A stretch of DNA of 64,000 nucleotides from Thalia democratica (Eukaryota): NCBI GenBank assembly GCA_965202585.1, contig OZ241833.1:37944001-38008000 (forward strand), in the 5' to 3' direction. This document shows positions 37,233 to 50,831 of the stretch, piece after piece (position 1 is the first letter of the stretch; each line of letters starts with the position of its first letter). The translations under genes were made by a program, and so were the position numbers. Under the pieces are notes generated by a model. It saw nothing but the letters and a program-made list of their open reading frames with translations. It ran no database searches and was not told where the DNA came from.

Positions 37233-37687
37233 AAAAGAAGCACCGTCGCAGTTAAAATAAATAAAAATAAGTTAAAGTATATAAGCAGTAAAAATAAGTA
37301 TAAATAATAATAAAATAACTTGAAAAAATTGTTTGTTTTTATTTGCTTTATACCACGAAAATAATAATTAGTATTTACTTTATGTAGGTACAATTTCAAA
37401 CTCTTTTATATAATTGCTTTAAAAAAACTACCTAGCAAAGTTAGTAATAAAATTACTGTTGAAATAAAACTTGTAAACTTCCCAGCTAGATTTGTGTTTA
37501 TTTTTTCTAACAAGGAAATTCTTGAGGTGAACTTAAATTAAAATATCTTATCAGTAAAAAATAAGAACATTAAACCAATATCAACGATTATAAAACAATT
37601 TAACTAAACTAGGTTGTTTTTGTACTTTAAATATTTTTAGTTTATTAATTTAGTATTTCTTGTATATGCATATACACATATATATAG

Positions 37688-37803
37688 TTTATGGAAAGAC
37701 AAAAAAAATCGCTCAAAAAAGTTAGTCCTGGGACCTGAAGCACGAAAACCTTTCAGTTATCGAGTCGCACACCATGGATACTTTTTAACATCTTGTACAG
37801 GAC
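37688..37803 (-). mobile_element. SINE-like ~120-nt repeat, copy 6
   Basis: Homologous to the other copies; a (TA)n-like tract adjoins its 3' end. Confidence 0.8.
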
Positions 37804-40800
37804 GTTATAATATATATAAATATGTAAGTACATTTGCACGGTCTTTTATAAAATTTATTTATAAATGTTGCGCAGTTAAATTAGTAACTCAATTACATTT
37901 ACTGTAAAAGTAAAAAATATCTCAGCGCTAGTATTGTATTAATTTATTAGCAAGGAAGCTATTGTAGCCAACAATTTTCGTATATTTCTTTTCCTATTTG
38001 CTTACTTAGCTTATCTTGTTCTAAATTAATCTAATGTTATAAGTATTTATTTGCATTTATAAAAAGTTTAAAACAAGTCAATAGACCTAAGTTATGGTTT
38101 TAAGCAAAATTTCTTCTACAACTTAACTACCGATTAAATATTTTTGTTTGTTACTTGTTATTCTGAAAAAAATATTATATTGTGAATTGTTTCCTTTTTA
38201 ATGTGTATTTTTCCCTTTTGATAGGTATTTTTCCTCTTCTAACTTTTTTTTCAAATTACCAATTGTCATACTACAAAAAAAACGTTTTTCTGTTTGTCTT
38301 ATCACACTAAAACATGAAGTATAAGGTTAGATTGTTGCTCAATGACCAAAAAGTCTTTGCATACACCAAGCCCTTTAACGGAAATTTTTTGTGTTAAATA
38401 AATTATATTATTGGGCTAAACTACTTTTACCAGTTTTAAAACTAACTATTACTACCAAACTTAGATTCGTTCATACTAAATCATATATCATGTTCGAATA
38501 CTTTTATCAAAAAAAAACTAATACTCTTTTTCGTAAACTAAGGATATACTTTAGCATAGACAAACTTACTTAACGAGTCAGACTCGGCCCGAAAATAATA
38601 TATCCTCAGCCTTTATTTAAAGTTTTTCCATTTCTAGCTATTACCAGCTTTTTTACTATTTTGTTTTTGTCAACTAAGTAATCGAGTATGAAAAATAAAC
38701 TAGTCTAGCTTTTTTAAACATCAAAGTTCGATTTTTTTTCTAGTTCAAACCTATTTTACATGAAAAAAATGGTTTAGCTAACAAGGAGCGACGCGTCAGG
38801 ATGAAAACTGTAGTAGTCTTTCTTCCTAAAAAGAGGTATAAACTGTATCAGTTTTATTTTTTAATTAAGCTTTTAATTTCTCTGCTAAATTTGTTTCTTT
38901 AAGCGTGATTTTATTTTACTGAATATCAAGTTACTTTTCCCATTGTTTTAAATGAGCAGAACATTAACTGAAACATATTTCCAGGTTGAAATGAAGGCTA
39001 AACTACCGTTTATTTTCTACTTTATTTAAAATAAAAAGAGTTGAAAAACGTCTTTAAAAAATTTGTTTAGTAAATTTTGTACAAACAATTTTAACTCGGG
39101 TAGAAAACTTCGTACCAAAGGTTTCTGCTTGAAAGGCCGTACGTTTCTTCACATACTATAGTTTTACTGATAAACTGTTTTTAATGAAGGAGTAGTTTCA
39201 AAAAATGCGTTAGTTACATGCAGCAAATGAAAAAAAAAGTGTTTATTGTCAGATTAAATTACAAAATGTATAGCTATGCAAAAATAAACTCTGTTATCAA
39301 TTACACATAAATTGTTAACAATTATCTGTTTTAAGCAGTTAATGGCAAATAGCCAGAAAAATTTACACAACTGTTGCATTTCTTATGCAGTCTCTATAGT
39401 TTGCAGTTTTATAACTTTTAGTTTGGACTAAAACTTTTTAAAGCATTGAGTCGCAGTCACCCAAGTAAGTTCAGAGTTTTTTTTTTGTAAACACAAAATT
39501 CGTTTTACAGTACGGCTTTGTTCTTTTAACTTTAAATGTAAATAAAACGAAGTATATAAAATAAACTTAATATTTCATGCAGTAGAAAAAACTCAGAAAG
39601 TTTTTAGCTTCTTAGTACAACTTTAAAGTTTTTATTGATTTAACTTCGCAGTTGTATTTTACTTATTTATGAAAACTAAAACAAGTTTATTTGTTTCAGG
39701 AAAGTAATAGGCAACGTATGGACTTTTCAACAAAATCCCTAACCCGCGACGTATTATTTGTTTATAACTAGCCTAAACAAAATTTTCACAATTTGTTTTT
39801 TTTTGAATTTGATATTCAGTAGGTACAGTATTGGTGCTTTTTAAATGAACAGTCCATTACATTTGTGAAATTAAAGAACTACTTTAAATGTTAGAAAAGT
39901 TTTAATAAATACATGGCCCTCAAAGATTTTATTCAACAAGTCTAACCCGCGAAAACAAATTTCTAGTAAGTATGGTTGTCGACTAACAAATGGCCAATAA
40001 CTATTTTCGAAATTATAAAAGATTGACTTTCTAACTAGATAGGTAATTTTGTAACAATTTGTTGTAGCCCCAAAATGTAAAGTTGTGTTCAGGATATAAG
40101 TCCTAAAGTTTAATAGATTTCGTTAAATGTACACATTCAGAGACAGAAAATACTACTTCATTAGATTTACTTTTCTTAACAGGTTTTAGAAAGCGTTAAA
40201 ATTAGTTATTAAATACTTTTAAACGGTTTAAATTTTAACGCTCCTATAAAAGGAGTCAAAACAGCCAGAAATCAAAACAACTAAAAACGATAATTTAGGA
40301 ACACGTTCTGAAGTATTTGTTAGACTTATTAAATCAAAAACACCTAAAAATTAACTCAAACTATATTGAATACTGCAAAAATATCATCTATCAGTGAGTG
40401 TTTAATTTTAAGCTATAAAGTTGTTTTTCATTTAAAACTAATTGTTCACAAATTCTAAATGATAATTACCAAGTAAATTTACAATCAGTTTCGATAAACT
40501 AAATTCACATGGTGCAAAAGTAGTTACTTATTTGTAATAGATTACTTTACTGTAATTATAATAAGAAATAATTGTTAGAAATTAAAAGAAGGTAAAACGT
40601 TTACAGATTGAAAAATATTTTCAGCTCAGAGTTTGAACTGAAAAAGTTCCGGTGTAACAACTGACAAGAAAATAGGAACTTTGGTGATTAGATAATAAAA
40701 TAAGATGTTGTACATATTTTTACTAAATTTCTTGTTTTCAAAACTGGTTTGGTTTTTCCAGAAGAAATATAAGTTTATTTCAACTATGGTCTGCTACATT

Positions 40801-42621
40801 TTCTTTCAAAAATTATCATATCTATTTACTAGATAACTAATATTAATATAACTTATTCAAGAACTCATCAGTTTGAGGTTTCTCTTTACAAAAACTTTAA
40901 TAATCTTCAAGAGATTGCATATCGAAACCAAGTCTGCAAAGACAGAATTGCCTGTTAATTTACTATTACCTAAAAAATAACATAATATTGTATAGATTTT
41001 AGAGCAGGGTTTCCCAAAAAAAGCCAAGTGGCCCCTTTAGGGGTCATAACACATATTCACGGGGTTATTAGCGGTCATAAATTTTAATTTACACTTGATA
41101 TTCTGGAGTTGCTAATGAAGAGTGGAAAAAAAGGTCCTAGGTGTTTCTTGAGTACAAGGGAGCCATAGCCTTTTTAATTTCTTATAAGGGACCATTTGAA
41201 AAAAATTATGGGATATTTGGAGCTGTATGACCTTATTGAATGTACCCTTAAGACTTTCAGAAAAATTTATTTTTAAATGAAAAGTGTATCTCATTAAAAT
41301 AGTGAAAACTGTAGTTATACTTAAATGTTTCAGAGTTCTTCATAGCTTTTGAATGCATTAACTTTCAAGGTACTCCGAGTAGTTTTAAACTAAAATAATC
41401 CCCATATTTAAACCTACACAAGTTTTATATATTTAGAGCAAAAAATGTATGAAAAAACAATATCTTCACAACTGACTTCAAAACTTAGATACATTTTTAA
41501 TAACCAAATTATTGATTTTGCCTGCAAGTCTAACGTATGTTAAAGGCTAAAAGTAATCGGTTGAGTAAAAAGTATTGAGCTTAAAATACTAGCAAGTTAC
41601 AAAAGTGTGGCGGCCTAACATCTGTAAGTATGTATCCTGTGAGTATTTCTTTTTATCTTAAAACTTAATATTCAAGGTTTTAGAGCAGCATTAAAACTTA
41701 GATTGAAAAACAAATATCACAATTTTTTGTTATGAAAAACTTGTTAATTTAAAACTATTATTTTTTTATGAAAACTTTTTTAAATTCAATAATACTTTAA
41801 AGCAAAATCTTATTATTTTGAAAAAAACTATAGTTAACGCTATTAGCTTTAAGATGATAAAAAAGATAATTTTATTAGTAAAACTGACATAATGGACTCT
41901 TCAACTTAATGCTAAATTAAAAATTCAATTAATATACGTAGGACTATAATAAGAGGTTAGCGATTCACTGGTTATAATTAATTTTAATTCGTTAAAATGT
42001 TTGTCTAAACAAAAGTTAAAAACATGTTTGGCACACAAATAATGAAAATTCTTATGTTTTTAAAAATAATGCTATAAACTATAAGGCGAATTTTTATAAC
42101 TTTGAATATTATTGGTAACAAAAAAAAAGTGATGTAAATAAAACTTCATAATTGTTTAAGGTATTAATAATTTCTTATTTACTCGTCTCATTTATTACAC
42201 TTATCTACTTATTGGTCTTTACTTATAAAACTAAGTAAACATTTTATGTATTATATCTTGTGCAGTAAAATTAAGTTTCAAATTCAAACATTTTGAAGAA
42301 CTTAATTTAGTGCATAACAATATAAATAAAAGTTATTTAATATTTATAATAAGTTAATAGACAGAGCTAGCTAGTAAGATTTTTAAATGACTGCATACAT
42401 AGATAACAAATGTAAGGAAATGTTTCTCAACAAATAAAATTATTAGCTGTTAAGAATTTGATTGCTTTGAAAACAATAAAAAAAAAATCACAAAATAAAA
42501 CTATTAAAAACTTACAAAACAACTAATCAAAAATTATTTCATAAACAATTTAAAATTAATTTATTAAAATTTACTTTTATTTAAAAATAAGACAAAAAGT
42601 ACAAATTGTTTAAATTGTCTA

Positions 42622-42627
42622 TTTATT
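42622..42627 (-). promoter_or_regulatory. Candidate RPS29 polyadenylation signal
   Basis: AATAAA on the minus strand ~55 nt downstream of the stop codon. Confidence 0.45.
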
Positions 42628-42680
42628 TAAGGCATGTTGAAAAAATGCAAAAAAAAACAACATTGGTGGATTCTTCAAAA

Positions 42681-45600
42681 TTAGTCCAACTGTAAATAAA
42701 ATTAGATTACATTTTGTAAAAAAAAAGTTATAACAATATAAACCTTGATCATTAATATTGCACTTCGTATACTATTTTTAAGGTTCTAAAAATGAAAGTC
42801 AAAATTGTAAAATGTTCTTTTAAAAATCCTACTTATCACTTCTGAGAAAACAAACTTGTATGATTTATCAATATCATGAACTTAAATAAAAGTTATACTA
42901 TTAAAAAGTTTGAATATTGTTTTTTAATTTCATGAAAACAAAAAAAATTAAAATTAAACTTTCTAAAATTAATTGCGTTTTGTTAAAAAAATCTTTTAGA
43001 TACTTTTTTAATTTAACTAAACGTAAATGTTAGCAAGAAAAATATAGTACTCTAGACATTGTAAGTAAATAAATTGTCTAGTTTATTTAAATACAATAAA
43101 AAACAATTATAAAGTCAACACTTGTAAAAAATTGTAGTACAACACTTAAACATAAAAGAACACTATCATATTGAAAACCAAAAGAATAGTTTTTCTTTAT
43201 AGAAAACAGAAAAAACGAACCTTTTTGAAACCGATTTTCTCAGCGTACTCTCTGAAGCATTGCCTGGAAATATTCAATCCGTATTTGCGAATCAGACCGT
43301 GCCTGTTTCCACTGATGCGACTGTTGAAAACAATTATAAATTATCAATTTGATGATAACAATGAAAATTTGTTTTACACAGAAATTAGCTAAAATAATAA
43401 AATAAATATCTAACAATTGAGAAAATAACTGTTGAAAGCATTTAGTATCAAATGATAATGTTTCAATCAAAAATTCTTTTTACATGAAACCAGGAAATTA
43501 ATTCAGTTTTATTAACAATTTATCTTCTTGTACAGTTTCTAAGCAACTGATTTAAGTGGTTGGGTGTCACTTTTGCACGAGGATACTGTTTGATGTTACA
43601 ATAACAAATTTATTTTAGAATCAGGAACATTCAGTTTAATATAGGTCGTAAAGGGTAAAAGAAACTAAAAACAATCACAGTTTTAAAAAACTGTAAAAAG
43701 AAACTGATAGTTTTTTATTAAAAAAAAATACAAGTATTTAAAAAGTTGTTTATCCCTCTACCTATGGCCTTAATAAGTATGAGTTGCTACTGTTTATGTC
43801 AAAAAACTATCATGGGGTTTTTAATTTCTTTAAGAGTTATTTCAACTTCTCAAAACTAACAAAAACCATCTTTCTAACAAAACTGGTTATATAATAAATA
43901 TATTTTTGGAACTAACTTAATTAAATTTCACTCAAAATCTATAAAAAAAAATGTACTGGGAACTTATAAAAACGTTGAAACTATGCAAGTTTATAAAAAA
44001 ATTCCAGAGTCTACCTGTGTAAAAAACTCAAAATATCCAGAGTAATCCTGAGCTGTCCTGGGTTTTCAATAACTCAAAACATCCTGAATACCCTGATAAT
44101 CATAAGTGTGTGGTAACCCTGATATGAACATTTAGTACTATAAATACAGTGAAATTGAGTATATAGCTAAAGAATTATTTGCACTTGGCAAACACCACCA
44201 AAACACACTGGGCAGAATTTTAGATGATTTGCAGAAAATTTCACTTTGGCAGCATTTGATTTTCTGAAAACCACCCAATGCAAACAGTAGGGGACTCAAA
44301 AAACAAAACCTTTCAGTTTTTTACTCGAAGTAATTTTGTTAAGCAATTATCATAAAAAATATTGTGCTTAATTTAAGACAATTTAAAAAAAATTTATGGT
44401 GGCACTATTGATATTTTGAAAAAAAAAAAGACAATCAAGAACATTTACAAAAATTTATAAAAATTACATTAAATCAAGAACTATTTACATAAAATTCCTT
44501 CTTTGAATTGTCTTAAACTCTGCACTGTGTTTTTCTATGATAATTGCCAAATATAAAGCAACTTACGGCTAAAAACTTTAAGATAAAATTTTCTGGATCT
44601 TATACAGTTTGCATTGGGGTGATTTTCACAAAGCCAAATTCTGTCAAGGTGAAACTTACTTGAATTCATCTGAAAATTTAGCAATGGGGTGTTTTTGTGG
44701 CATTTGCCAGGAATTTTTTTAGCTCAAAACCCATAAGTTGCCAGATTTATAACCACCTTAATGTACATAGACTTCATTTAAAATGTGAAATCAAAATACA
44801 ATTGTTTAATGTAGCTTATTGCTACAACCATACAGTACTTACTTAAAAAGTGAATAAATAAACACAAATAAAAACCTACCTCTTACATGTTTTTTGAGAT
44901 TAATAACTCAACTTTTCAGTTTTTTTTTCAACTTTTGTTAAAATCTTTAGTGCCAAATTTAGACACTATATCACTTAATCTTTAGACATAAATTAGTAAT
45001 GAAAATTTATGTCTAAAAAAAACACTAAGCTATTTTTTAGGTTTACTTTTCAAAAACATGCTTTGTGTTGTTTAAATTTTTAATTCTTAGTATAAACACT
45101 TTATGTAAGATTTTCTGGAAATTTTTGGTATGTATCTCAAAAAACATAGAAAATTTAATTTTAGTAGAATAGATTATTTTCATCTTTTTAATTTGCACCT
45201 CTTTTAAAAAACCAATTCAACTATTAAATTTTAATCCCTTATATCTCACACCTATTTTGAACTTAATAAAAGGTAAACAGTATCTAATAGCTTAGTTGCC
45301 GCATATGTAAACAACAAGATTAAAAAAGTGTTTACCCCCTATGCCCTAAAACTAGCCAGAGATTTAGGATAAAATATCCACTTTAAAACAAGCTTGAATC
45401 AGCCTGAGTTTTTCAAAAAGACTTTAACTAGTCTGATTTAGCAGTTGGGTTTAAAAAACCTCAAACTACCCAGATTTCTCTTGGGTGTGTGGCGACGCTC
45501 ACATTAAAAACAAGCCTGACAACTACAAGCATGGGAGTATTTTAAACAGGGTTTCCAAAAGTGGGCCATATAGCCCCCTGAGAGCTATGAGGTCATAATT

Positions 45601-48600
45601 TGAAATAGTTTTTAGGTTTATTTAAGAATTTTTATAGTCTTTTTTTTTGATACACCTGTTTGAAGGAAATAATTGCTTTTTAGAATTTTTAAAAGGAGCA
45701 TTATGAAAAAAAAGTTTGGTAAAGACCATTTTTAAAATGAACTTATATTTTAAAACTTTTGTAAACAAGAAATTTAAACAACTTTGCAAAAAATATGTTC
45801 AAGAAAATTTACAAACATAAAAAGTATTTGATTTTATATTTAGTTTTATTTTTTAAAGAATTTATAACTTATGCATTTTTTTAAATACATAAAAATGTTA
45901 TTATTCTGAAGACAATATTTCTTTATTTTATAATTTCAAAACTGCAAGAAAATTAAAAGGGTTGCTAATCTTTAACACAAAAAACTAAGCCTGAATGACC
46001 AAAAATCAGGAGTTACATCTAGCTAGCTTGAAAAAGCCTAAATTGATGAGAAAATTGAAAAAATATATATTGACTAACAAAAAACTTATGAACTATACAG
46101 CTTAAAATGGTTAAATACTTAAAATACCAGAATAATGGCAAGACAACATAAAAAAAAGTTTCTAAAACTCAAACTAGCCAGAGTTATCAGAAGTAATTTG
46201 AAAAGTCTGAACGGGTTGCAACTCTGTAACTAAGAAGAAAACTTGACTGCTTAAATGAATTAAAAAACATTTACCCTTAAAAAAATATAAAAGCTATTAA
46301 CTAGTTTAAAATAATTTTAAGCACAACAATTTTCACAGGATTAGTACTCTTGAGGCAAAAAAGCCAGCATGAGTAAACAAAAACTAGACTGAGTCTATCT
46401 GAGTTTCAATAAAAATTATATATATAATTAAGGGCATAGGGGGTCCACCTTGATTTTTACAAGTTGATCTTATTTTGTCTGAGCTATCAGACATTTTTAA
46501 CTGCTTGAAAAAATTCAAAGTATTTTTTGAGATATAAGCATTCAAAGTCGGTGACCTCAATAAGTTTCTAATGGAAGGCGCAAACTAAAAGCGAAAAAAA
46601 AGACCATTTCACTGAAAATTTATCTCCTCCTTCATTTTTCAAGCAATCTTCTTCATATTTTCACAGAAAGTGTATTACTAAATTTAAAAAAAATTGAATG
46701 CAGGATATTTTAAAAGAAAATTTAATTTTTTATTAAAATAAAAACCACTTTTTTTTTTGTTTTTTTATCTAAAGTTTTTATTTTTCAATACTTTATAATT
46801 CCAACATACCAAGTCTTTTAAACTATAAAAGGAACATTTCCTGGAAGTTTGAGGTCTCTAGCTCAAAAGATGAAGGAGGAGATAGGTTTTTAGTAGTTTT
46901 TAAAATTTCCAAAAAAACCTCACTCCAAAAAGTTTGCAGTCTATACATTTGTATTGGAAACTTTTTATAAAAGTTACAATATTTCAAAAGTTAAATAAGA
47001 TTTTGTTATTCTATAAAAACTGACTTGTAGTTTGTACTCCAAGCTTTCATATAAGATCCAATGTTATTTATAGAAAAAAATGTTGGACCCCCCTATGCCC
47101 TTAATATGATTTAAAATCTTAAAAACTACTTTTATGCCAGCTTTTATACCTAAAAGTATCATAAGAATAACAAAAAATAATAATAAACATATTTTTAAAG
47201 TTATACAAAGTTTTGTTAAGAATACAGTCTGGCTTATAATTAATAATTTTTATACTTATTCTATAAAAGAGCTTAATTTTTAATTCTCTTTTTTAATTGC
47301 TCTTTTTTTTTAATTCTTACCCCTTCTATACCCTTTAATTTTCTAGTCATAAAATATACTTTTTATGCTCCTTTTCCTTTTTTGCCATAGAAATTCAATT
47401 TTTTTCTTAAACACCTTATTTTAGGGAATAAAAAGTGAGGGGGTAAGGCATTTTTATAGATGTTTATCTTATTTTAAATACCTTTAATTAAGCTAATAGT
47501 TGCTTTTCACTGTTTCTTATAACAAAAATTAGTTTTTGAGATATGAGAAGACAAAGTCAAAATGTTCAACAGGGTCCTTATTGATAGGAGAAGTTAAAAA
47601 GGCATAAAAACACTAGTTCATTAGAAAATTATCTTCTTCAGTTTTTAGGAAATTTTTCTTAAATTTTCTCAGTTTATCTTACGTTAGTTATAAACAATCC
47701 TATAGTGGCAATTTAGAAAATTTTAAGTAAATTTTTATTTTTAATTAAATTTCTTCTAATGGTCTGAATATTTTTACTGTTACACTAGGATTTTTTTATA
47801 ATGCAAGGAACATTTAATGAAATTTTAAGGTTAATAGCTTAAAAAATGAAGGAGGAGACGGAAATTTAGTGATTTTTCCAAAATTCTCAGAAAATTGGCC
47901 TTGAAAGTTTGAGTTCATACTGTTGTATGAGATATGTATAGACATTTTTTACAAAAATGGTTATACCTCAAAAGTTAATTGAAACTATTTTATATAATTT
48001 ATAAGCTTTCAAATAAGAGCAAATGTAAAAGTTTGTTATTATGTTTTTTTAATAAGCATGTACGTTACAGTGCACATAATAAAGTTTGATATTCACAAAA
48101 AATCTTAATTTAAAATTGAATAATTTAAATGCCTTTCTTCTACCTAAAACCTTAATATGTCATGTAACTATAAAAACAACTAAACATTAAACAAGTACTT
48201 TTGTTAATTAAAAGTGTAATAATATTCAGGCAATAAGGGGAAGTAAATAACTTTTTTCACAACTTGATCTTATTTTGTAGAGTTTTATTTATTTAATTAC
48301 AAATAGCTTTTTACATCATTTTAAATTTTAAAATATTTTTTTAGATATAGCTAGTGAAAGTTTAAGAGTACAACAGGTTCCTTATAAGAGGAAAAATCTA
48401 AAATAGCAAATAAATCAAAATCACTAAATATATATATTCTCTTAGGTTTTTGAGATAAATACCTTAAACTTTTAGGAAATGTTACTTGCAATTGTTAAAA
48501 ACTCTGCAAGATCAATATTGTTTAAAAATATAAATAAACATTTTTAAATAAAATAAGAAGTGAAAATAAATTATAATCATTAAAAATATACCCCTAAATT

Positions 48601-49156
48601 TTTTTAGTACGTCTTACCCCTAACCAACCTTACAACTTATAAGGGTTGCCACTGACTTTTGGAAAATTCTCTCTAGGTTTTCAAAATTTTATCCAGGTTT
48701 TTTAAAGTACATGTTTTTGGGTCTAAATTTAGTTTAAGGGCATTAGGGGGGTAAAACACTTTTTACAATTCGATCTTATTTTATATAGTTTTTACTAAGC
48801 TTCAAGATGCTTTTCACAGATTTTATAATTTTGAAATAAACTTTGACATATAGCTGGTCAAAGTCAGAGGCAACAATAGGCTACTTATGGGAGGTGCAAA
48901 CTAATTTACTGTATGAATATAATGTAATATATTTAGCACCACCAACTTACATGTTTATGATTAAAAATTGCAAGAATATATTGTTACTTAATTTTACCTA
49001 CCCAAAAATAATTTTTTTGTTGTGATAAAAAGTAATACAATCATACAAAACTTTATTAAAATAGTAGTAATATGATAATAATAAATAAACTAACCATTCT
49101 CTTGAGCCACGGCCATATTTGCGTGGATGACTGTACCAGATGTTAGCATGACCCAT
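42681..49156 (-). CDS. RPS29: 40S ribosomal protein S29 (uS14), 56 aa, with C24S and C39S substitutions
   Basis: complement(join(42681-42689, 43221-43320, 49095-49156)); exons of 62+100+9 nt, the coding exon sizes I recall for vertebrate RPS29. Protein [56 protein letters not shown], recognisable from [35 protein letters not shown]. Splice sites are GT-AG. Confidence 0.96.
44184..44711. mobile_element. Foldback MITE in RPS29 intron 1
   Basis: Imperfect inverted arms of ~105 bp: CTTGGCAAACACCACCAAAACAC...CCAATGCAAACAG versus CAGTTTGCATTGG...GTGTTTTTGTGGCATTTGCCAGG. Confidence 0.7.
46432..47100. mobile_element. Non-autonomous TTAA-specific DNA transposon (Kolobok-like), 669 bp
   Basis: TTAA|GGGCATAGGGGGTCCA ... 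TGGACCCCCCTATGCCC|TTAA, with subterminal inverted TATCTCCTCCTTCATTTT / AAAGATGAAGGAGGAGATA. A TTAA TSD with purine-purine termini fits Kolobok rather than piggyBac (CCC). Related ends are at 45327-45346 and 48738-48905. Confidence 0.8.
48738..48905. mobile_element. Truncated end of the same Kolobok-like family
   Basis: TTAA|GGGCATTAGGGGGGTAAAACAC followed by sequence homologous to 46455-46590. Confidence 0.6.
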
Positions 49157-50513
49157 ATTGATTTGTCAGTATATTGAGTAAGCTTTGAGATACCAAAAAT
49201 GTTTCTGACTTAAAAGGATGTAGTGGATATGAATTCATAGTAATAGTTATTTTATGGTCTGATGAACACATGCTCAACATTCTTATTGTTACCTTTGAAG
49301 CATTTTTCAAAACTATGTAGGTTAAAGTAAGATTTATATCTAACTACTGTATCTAACATGTATTTAAATTTACAAAAACTTTAACAACATTTTATAACCG
49401 AGGTTTAATTTTTTTATATAATTAATATTTATGAGAAAAAAACAACTCTTTCTCCGATATAAGCTAAAATATATTTTACAATAACACACTTTAATGTGAA
49501 AACTAAAGATGTTTCTTATTCTTAGCCAAGGACCAGACGTGCCAAAAATAATAGTGATTATACCAACTGAATATTAAATTCTTTACAAACGTTGGTTTTA
49601 ACTTTAAAATTCATGCTCGAGTAATTTTTCATAAATTAAATAACTGAAAATAGCAATCCTGCTAAGGACTATAAAGTAAGACGACAGAGTATAAGAACAA
49701 CGTTTCTTTAAAGTTTATATTGCAACAAAATATTTACTTTATAAAATATTGAATACAAACTATTGCCAAATATAAAGACTTTTTTTAAGTTTTAAGTTAC
49801 TTTAAAAACAGCATTTTAATAATATTTTAAGTAGTAGTAGACTATCTACTTCTTTGCAATAACAACTTTATGATGTACTTTTTAGTTTAAAAAAATTTTT
49901 GAAGTTTTATAACATATTTATTTTAAACAATTTTTTAAAATAGAGCAATTTAATCTGTTTATTAAATAATAATTTTTTATTTTTAATATTTTTTAACCAC
50001 TTTATATATCGTTTTTTATATTATTTGTTAAACCAAAGTGTAAGCAAGCCTTGGTTATGAAAACTATTAAGTGTCGTTTTTTAATACATATTGTCAAGAT
50101 AACATAAAAACTACTTTTAAAAAAACAAAAGAATATTCTACTTTAATATTATACAAATTTTAAATTCAAAGAAATAATTTAAAACATAAAGTTTTGTGAA
50201 TTGTTAAAACTACTAGTTTATTTAATCAATTTAAAACTTTTTTTAAGTCTTTTTTATTAGAAATATAAACTGCTGAAAGAAAAATAAAAATTGCGTGTAT
50301 TTTAAGTCTATTATCTTAGATTTTTTACTGTTTACCTATCTCCGCTCATTTATTTTACATACCAAAGTCTTATTATTGTCAAAAGCCATTTAAGAAAATA
50401 TCTATCACAAAGATTAGTATGCTAACAATCAAACTTAGTACTAAAGCGCTGAATTAACTTCATTCTAACTCACAATTTTTGTCTGCAACAACTTGAGCAA
50501 AGTAAAAACAGGA

Positions 50514-50831
50514 ATGGCAAACTTAAACGGAAACGCTGATCTATTTCGAGTCCGTGTAGTCAATGGAAACTTCATAAACTTGGCGCGCGAAGACGTGCTT
50601 GCAATGACAGCTGGCTTCCACGACTTCAGTGCCCTTTACAGGCACCTCTTCTACACTCACAACTGCTTCTCCTTCTACAAGATCGGTGTGGACCAGGCAA
50701 ATACGTATGCGGTCATATTGAACCTGAGAAATGAAGTGGTTTGTTCGGTCCGGTTCGACAACAGACTCTGGGCATTAATTTGGCTTCAAGGAGATATCAT
50801 GGGCCAGTTTGAAATTCAAGATGTGGACTAG
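50514..50831 (+). CDS. Orphan 105-aa protein, tandem copy 1 (single coding exon)
   Basis: ATG 50514 (AACAGGAATG, same context as copy 2) to TAG. GC-richer than its flanks, ~72% aa identical to copy 2 with identical length. Confidence 0.75.
   Translation: MANLNGNADLFRVRVVNGNFINLAREDVLAMTAGFHDFSALYRHLFYTHNCFSFYKIGVDQANTYAVILNLRNEVVCSVRFDNRLWALIWLQGDIMGQFEIQDVD

Noticed and set aside
38778-38835. Possible 58-nt exon (ANKERRVRMKTVVVFLPKKR) with AG/GT ends
   Set aside because: No convincing partner exons or recognisable product; could arise by chance.
48222-48325. C/D snoRNA-like boxes on the minus strand in the RPS29 intron
   Set aside because: The C box is imperfect (ATGATGT), there is no terminal stem, and it overlaps a transposon fragment.
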